A DNA stretch of 64,000 nucleotides from Bacteroidales bacterium (GTDB lineage: Bacteria; Bacteroidota; Bacteroidia; Bacteroidales; UBA1556), in contig JAMOQI010000032.1 of NCBI GenBank assembly GCA_027064095.1, positions 25,316 to 89,315 of the forward strand, written 5' to 3'. The translations under genes were made by a program, and so were the position numbers. The notes below the pieces were generated by a model, which made no database searches, was not told where the DNA came from, and saw nothing but the letters and a program-made list of their open reading frames with translations. How positions within the stretch are numbered: the stretch's first letter is position 1; each line of letters starts with the position of its first letter. Shown in pieces: positions 59,019 through 64,000 of the stretch.

Positions 59019-60560
59019 TTGAAACATATATTTTTAAGCATAGTTTATCTTTTATTATCATCAAGTATTATTGCCCAGAAGCTTTCTCATGAGCTTTCAC
59101 AATCTGATGATTATTATTTAAATTTCTGGAAGACTAATTTGGATTCTCTTAGTGAATGTACTCAAAATACACTGCATTATGAGATATTAAGCCTTAAGCG
59201 TAATATTCCCGGTTACACTGAAAAAAATTATAAGGACCTAATAACTCAGCTTAATAGTGAAATTCAATTAAAATATGATTATCGTGTTGGTGATATTTTG
59301 TCTTTTTATATTCAAAATGGAGAAAAAACCTCTTTTGCTATTGCTTATTCTAATTTTTTAAGTAAGAAATTTAGCAAAGAATTGGAGTTAGCTTCATTAC
59401 CTAAAACCTTGAAATATCTTCCATTGGCGCTTTCTGCTATGAACAAAAAGGCTATGAATAAGGCTGGGGCTTCGGGGCTATGGCAACTTAGGTATTCGGC
59501 AGCAAAGAAAGAGGGATTGGTGATAAACTCTTTTGTGGATGAAAGAAGAAATATTGATAAATCAACATTAGCTGCTTTGGTAGAATTAAAACAATTGTAT
59601 ATTTTGTATCAAAATTGGGATTTAGCACTAGGTGCCTTTGCTTGTGGTCCTAGTAATATCAATAAAAGCATTAGAAGAGTAGATAATAAAGTGGATTATT
59701 ATGTTATTTACCCATTGCTGCCCGATTTTGGACGGGATATTGTTCCTGCACTTACCGCAGCGGCTATGATAAGCCAGTTTCCACAGGAGTTTGGTTTGAA
59801 AATACCGGAGATTGATTTCAATATTGATGTTGACACTTTAGAAGTATCTCAAAGATTGCATTTTGTTCAGCTAAATAAGGTTTTGGGAATAGCGATTGAT
59901 ACTTTGCGCTTCCTTAATCCAAAATACAAAAATGATATTGTTCCCGCAATTGATAAAGTGTATCAGATATTGATACCTAAAGGTTTTTTGACTGCTTTTA
60001 ATGAGTTGGAAGATTCAATATATCATTATCAAGATTCTTTGCTTTTTAATATAAAAAGACCTGTTATTCTTCCTCCACCATCAAAAGAACGACGCTTTGC
60101 TAAATATGAGCCGGAACGTATACCTGATGGTTCGGCATTGGTATATTATCATATTAAAAGTGGTGATAATCTTGGTTATGTGGCTTCATGGTATGGAGTT
60201 AAAACAAGTCAGATTGAAGATTGGAATAATGTTTACGATCCAAGAAGATTGCAAATAGGTAAGAGATTAAAAATATATATTCCGGAAGAAAAGGAGGATT
60301 ACTATAGAACTTTCGATGATTTGAGTTTTCAAGAAAAACAAAAACGTATTGGGAAGGCAGCAAAGTCGTCTATAAAACCAAAGAAAGAAGAACCACTGGG
60401 TAAGAATTGGTTTTATCATACTGTAAAGTCCGGAGAATCGCCATATATTATAGCAAAAAAATATAAAGGTGTGAGTGCTGATGATATTCTTCGTTGGAAT
60501 AATATCACAAATCCAAGAAATATTAGACCAGGACAAAAACTAAAAATTAAGAAGCAATGA
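59019..60560 (+). CDS. MltD-like lytic transglycosylase homolog with two C-terminal LysM domains; catalytic Glu apparently replaced by Leu
   Basis: 513 aa. TTG start and signal peptide MKHIFLSIVYLLLSSSIIAQ. The SLT block LPLALSAMNKKAMNKAGASGLWQL aligns without gaps to the MltD pattern (V/I)ESAFxPxAxSxAxAxGxWQ, with L at the E position. The two LysM domains are YYHIKSGDNLGYVASWYGV... and YHTVKSGESPYIIAKKYKGV... Confidence 0.75.
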   Translation: MKHIFLSIVYLLLSSSIIAQKLSHELSQSDDYYLNFWKTNLDSLSECTQNTLHYEILSLKRNIPGYTEKNYKDLITQLNSEIQLKYDYRVGDILSFYIQNGEKTSFAIAYSNFLSKKFSKELELASLPKTLKYLPLALSAMNKKAMNKAGASGLWQLRYSAAKKEGLVINSFVDERRNIDKSTLAALVELKQLYILYQNWDLALGAFACGPSNINKSIRRVDNKVDYYVIYPLLPDFGRDIVPALTAAAMISQFPQEFGLKIPEIDFNIDVDTLEVSQRLHFVQLNKVLGIAIDTLRFLNPKYKNDIVPAIDKVYQILIPKGFLTAFNELEDSIYHYQDSLLFNIKRPVILPPPSKERRFAKYEPERIPDGSALVYYHIKSGDNLGYVASWYGVKTSQIEDWNNVYDPRRLQIGKRLKIYIPEEKEDYYRTFDDLSFQEKQKRIGKAAKSSIKPKKEEPLGKNWFYHTVKSGESPYIIAKKYKGVSADDILRWNNITNPRNIRPGQKLKIKKQ

Positions 60561-62035
60561 TACGCCCTTTGAAAGTCGTTTGGTTTTTTACTTTTGTTGG
60601 AATTATTCTAACACTTAGTTCTCTTACACTTCCTAAGGATGGTGTTGAAATTGCCGGTTTTAAGATTCACTTACCAAGTGTTGAATCGTATTTTACAAAA
60701 GACACCAATAGTTATGCTGATATTTCTCAAATAGTGGAGCAAATATCCGATATCGACTCTTTGCCGGATATAACACAGATTATAGAAGCAGAAAAAGTAA
60801 ATATTGATTCATCGGCAATGATAAATCCAGAGGATACTATTAAAGCAAATGCTGCTAAATTGGCTGCTAGTATTCATAAAATTGAGTTTGGTACAAAAGG
60901 AAAAGAATCTTTATTAAAGTTTTTTGAAAAACTCAATAATAAAAATACTAGTAATATTCGTATAATGCATTATGGTGATTCTCAATTAGAAGGAGATAGG
61001 ATTACGAGTTATATACGCAATAAACTTCAGAAAAAATATGGTGGTAGTGGGCCTGGACTTTTACCTGCACTTCAGCCTTACGAATCATACTTTAGTATAA
61101 ACCAAAGCAATGAGGGAGCGTGGGTTCGTTATCCTGTTTTTGGGAAGGTAAATCCTATTGTTAAGCATAATCGTTATGGCCCTTTGGCTGCATTTTCTCG
61201 TTTTGCTCCGATTGTTCCTGATAGTTTGTTTAAGGACAGCATTGAATATCACGCAAGTATTAGTTTTGAAGAATCGAAATTATCTTATGCCAGTGTTCGT
61301 AAATTTCAAAGAATTCGTCTTCTTTATGGTAATTCGAAGCGTGCTGTAGAAATAAAATTAATGGTAAACGACACTATAATTTATATTGATAGTTTAAAGG
61401 CAAATACCGATTTAACTGTTTTTGAATATAAACTCAAAAAGCCAACAAAGAATCTAAGAATAGAATTTACAGGCTATGATAGTCCGGATATTTATGGCAT
61501 AGCCTTAGATGGTCTTAAAGGTGTGAGTATGGATAATATTGGACTTCGTGGAAGCTCGGGAACTATTTTTCGTAAGATGGATTATGAACATTTGCAAAAA
61601 GCATATAAGGTATTAGGTGTGGACATGATAATACTACAATTTGGAGGTAATGTAATGCCTTATATCAAAGATACAATACAAGTAGTGAATTATGCTAGAT
61701 GGTTTAAGAGTCAAATCTATACTTTGCAAAAAATGAATCCGCAGATAGCTATTATAGTATTAGGACCTTCAGATATGTCATATAAATCCGGAGACAAATA
61801 TATTACTTATCCATTTTTACCATTGGTAAGAGATGAGCTTCGTAAAGCTGCATTTCAGGCAGGATGTGGATATTGGGATATATATGAGGCGATGGGTGGA
61901 CATAATTCAATGCCTTCGTGGGTGCGTTCACAACCACCATTGGCAGGTGCTGATTATACTCACTTCACACCTCGTGGTGCTAAACTTATTGCTAATATGT
62001 TTTATAATGCTCTTATGTATGAATCTATTAAATAA
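60557..62035 (+). CDS. Membrane-anchored SGNH/GDSL-family hydrolase or acyltransferase
   Basis: 492 aa with an N-terminal TM helix. Block I is HYGDSQLEGD, block II GLRGSSG, block III QFGGNVMP, block V DYTHFT. The ATG overlaps the upstream stop (ATGA). Confidence 0.7.
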   Translation: MIRPLKVVWFFTFVGIILTLSSLTLPKDGVEIAGFKIHLPSVESYFTKDTNSYADISQIVEQISDIDSLPDITQIIEAEKVNIDSSAMINPEDTIKANAAKLAASIHKIEFGTKGKESLLKFFEKLNNKNTSNIRIMHYGDSQLEGDRITSYIRNKLQKKYGGSGPGLLPALQPYESYFSINQSNEGAWVRYPVFGKVNPIVKHNRYGPLAAFSRFAPIVPDSLFKDSIEYHASISFEESKLSYASVRKFQRIRLLYGNSKRAVEIKLMVNDTIIYIDSLKANTDLTVFEYKLKKPTKNLRIEFTGYDSPDIYGIALDGLKGVSMDNIGLRGSSGTIFRKMDYEHLQKAYKVLGVDMIILQFGGNVMPYIKDTIQVVNYARWFKSQIYTLQKMNPQIAIIVLGPSDMSYKSGDKYITYPFLPLVRDELRKAAFQAGCGYWDIYEAMGGHNSMPSWVRSQPPLAGADYTHFTPRGAKLIANMFYNALMYESIK

Positions 62036-63361
62036 ATGAGGGATAGAATATTAAATATTATCTTTTTGGTGTTTGTTTTTAGCGTTTATTCAAATATCAT
62101 ATTTGCCCAATATGGACGATATCCTTTTGAAATAAGCCATTACAATATTGTAAAATATGATAGTAATCATTTAAAATTCCCTGAGGGAAGAGCTAATTTT
62201 GAAATTTTTTATAATAAACTGTATCATACAATAAGCATGGGGCAGTCACAAATAAACATTGTGCAATATGGTGGTTCACATATCCAAGCAGATATATTTT
62301 CGGGAGAATGTCGAACTAGATTCCAATCGTTCGATGGTGGAATAAATGCAGGTAGAGGTTTTGTTTTTCCTTATCGTCTTGCACATACCAACACGCCCTA
62401 TGGTTATTATTTTAGATATAGTGGTGATTGGACAACTTGCAGAAATGTTCAGAAAAAAGAATCTTGCAATCTTGGAATGGCAGGTATTAGTGCCAGAACT
62501 GAGGATACTTTAAGCTCATTAACATTGCTAATTGAACCAGATAATGATCTTGACTATTCTTTTAATAGAATTAAGATTTATCACAATATGGATTCTGCTT
62601 CATATAGTATTCGTATTGATACAAATATACTTGATTCACAGAAAGTATTTATTAATGAGGGATATACGGAACTTTATTTAAATGATTTTATTGATAGTTT
62701 ACAAATAGAATTTTATAAATCAGATAGTAATCAGAGTTTTTTCCAGCTTTTTGGAATGAATTTAGAAACAAATAATGCCGGAATTGTATATCATAATCTT
62801 GGAATAAATGGTGCTGCCACTACCTCTTTCCTTAGATGTAATAGAATGGAGCAGGATTTAAAAACTATTAAACCCGATTTAGTAATTTTTGGTATTGGTA
62901 TTAATGATGCTTATGGTAAAAAATTTAGTCAGAGGAAATTCGAAAAAAATTATGATAGTTTAGTTTCGCGAGTAGTTGCAGCAAACCCTGATGTAGCTAT
63001 AATTTTTGTTACTAATAATGATAGTTATATTAGAAAGAGATATTTAAATAGAAATGGAATTAAGGTTCAGGAAAGTATGTATCGTCTGGCAAAAAAACAT
63101 AAAGCTGCAGTGTGGGATATGTTTGAGATAATGGGTGGTTTAAACTCTATTGTTGTTTGGCAGAGAGATTATTTGGCAAAAAGAGATAGAGTGCACTTTA
63201 CTAGAACCGGATATATTTTATTGGGTGATTTGCTTTTTGATGCCGTAATTAAGGATTATGGAGATTTTTTAGAACACAAAACCAATAAATTATCATCTAA
63301 ACACAATTTTTTGGATGAGAGTGCTATAATTGATACAAGAACAGATAACAAGAACAGATAA
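62036..63361 (+). CDS. SGNH/GDSL-family hydrolase or acyltransferase (paralogous architecture)
   Basis: 441 aa with a signal/anchor sequence. Block I is QYGGSHIQAD, block III FGIGINDAYG, block V DRVHFT. It starts directly after the upstream TAA. Confidence 0.7.
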   Translation: MRDRILNIIFLVFVFSVYSNIIFAQYGRYPFEISHYNIVKYDSNHLKFPEGRANFEIFYNKLYHTISMGQSQINIVQYGGSHIQADIFSGECRTRFQSFDGGINAGRGFVFPYRLAHTNTPYGYYFRYSGDWTTCRNVQKKESCNLGMAGISARTEDTLSSLTLLIEPDNDLDYSFNRIKIYHNMDSASYSIRIDTNILDSQKVFINEGYTELYLNDFIDSLQIEFYKSDSNQSFFQLFGMNLETNNAGIVYHNLGINGAATTSFLRCNRMEQDLKTIKPDLVIFGIGINDAYGKKFSQRKFEKNYDSLVSRVVAANPDVAIIFVTNNDSYIRKRYLNRNGIKVQESMYRLAKKHKAAVWDMFEIMGGLNSIVVWQRDYLAKRDRVHFTRTGYILLGDLLFDAVIKDYGDFLEHKTNKLSSKHNFLDESAIIDTRTDNKNR

Positions 63362-63366
63362 TTAGA

Positions 63367-64000
63367 ATGGATATATTAGATTATTTAAAAGAGATATTTC
63401 TTTATAATCCCGATAAACCTTTGATATTTACCAGATTTTATTTCTGGGTGTTTTTTGCTTTGGTATTAGCGGTTTACTCACTTGTTTATAAAAACAAAAA
63501 CAGGAGCATAAGAGCCGGTTATTTGTTTTTGGTAAGTTTATTTTTCTATTACAAATCAAGTGGAATGTTCTTTTTTATACTTCTATTTTCCACGTTAACA
63601 GATTATTATATTGGTAAATGGGTGTTCGAATCACGTAAGTTACTTTACAAACGCTTACTTATTGCCGCCAGTATTACTATTAATTTAAGTCTATTAGTTT
63701 ACTTTAAATATTCTGCATTTTTCTTAGAGAGTTTTAATGATCTGTTTAATACCAATTTCGAATTGGTAAATTATATGGCTGTTTTAATGAATAATGCTAC
63801 AGGAACACATTTTGCCGTTGATCAGATTTTACTTCCGGTAGGAATTTCGTTTTATACTTTCCAGACAATAAGTTATTCTATTGATGTATATAGGGGAGAA
63901 GTTAAACCTGTTAATAATCTGATAGACTTTGGCTTTTATGTTAGTTTCTTTCCACAGTTAGTTGCAGGTCCAATAGTTAGGGCATCGCAGTTTATACCAC
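63367..64000 (+). CDS. MBOAT-family membrane O-acyltransferase (AlgI/DltB/PatA-like), N-terminal part; continues beyond the window end
   Basis: Manual translation from ATG 63367 gives MDILDYLKEIFLYNPDKPLIFTRFYFWVFFALVLAVYS...LPVGISFYTFQTISYSIDVYRGE...FVSFFPQLVAGPIVRA. The ISFYTFQ and FPQLVAGPI blocks are typical of MBOAT. Confidence 0.85.
   Translation, partial: MDILDYLKEIFLYNPDKPLIFTRFYFWVFFALVLAVYSLVYKNKNRSIRAGYLFLVSLFFYYKSSGMFFFILLFSTLTDYYIGKWVFESRKLLYKRLLIAASITINLSLLVYFKYSAFFLESFNDLFNTNFELVNYMAVLMNNATGTHFAVDQILLPVGISFYTFQTISYSIDVYRGEVKPVNNLIDFGFYVSFFPQLVAGPIVRASQFIP

Noticed and set aside
1-64000. Search for tRNA, rRNA, tmRNA, RNase P RNA, SRP RNA, CRISPR arrays, reverse transcriptases and toxin-antitoxin or defence islands
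   Set aside because: Every intergenic gap over 80 bp was read by eye. No T-loop (GGTTCGAATCC-like) or acceptor pattern appeared, and no regularly spaced direct repeats. I saw no RT, Cas, nuclease or helicase-type ORFs. This visual scan cannot exclude small or divergent RNAs.

Overview
AT-rich (roughly 30% G+C by eye) chromosomal window from a Bacteroidota genome. The phylum call rests on type IX secretion (T9SS) C-terminal sorting domains, TAnnTTTG -7 promoter boxes, and UpxY/DUF4270/DUF3127-type families. About 58 protein genes are packed tightly, and nearly all are housekeeping: comM, glmS, panC, ybeY, mnmG, hemW, nadA, rpiB, kbl, efp, sufBCDSE, coaD, pcm, an acyl-CoA carboxylase operon, ppk2, two aldehyde dehydrogenases and others. 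I found no rRNA, tRNA, CRISPR array, intact transposase, reverse transcriptase or recognisable defence system. I see no clear novel multi-gene system; the window is mostly ordinary core genome. Six things stand out. (1) A cobalamin riboswitch on the - strand (about 43655-43835) controls an operon of only two T9SS-secreted proteins, with no transporter gene. (2) A MITE-like intergenic repeat family has TTAAC...ATTATTCATACAA terminal inverted repeats and a subterminal hairpin, in five copies (11156, 29858, 35656, 48102, 54921). (3) A translationally coupled four-gene operon at the right edge encodes a LysM lytic-transglycosylase homolog whose catalytic Glu is replaced by Leu, two SGNH hydrolases and an MBOAT acyltransferase. 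It is a candidate glycan or peptidoglycan O-acetylation module. (4) A DUF3127 protein carries an SSB-like C-terminal DDLPF tip. (5) A 620-bp intergenic region is densely populated with TGTTAAT heptamers. (6) A decayed IS30 transposase relic is present. All functional calls come from motif recognition in the supplied translations; no database search was possible.
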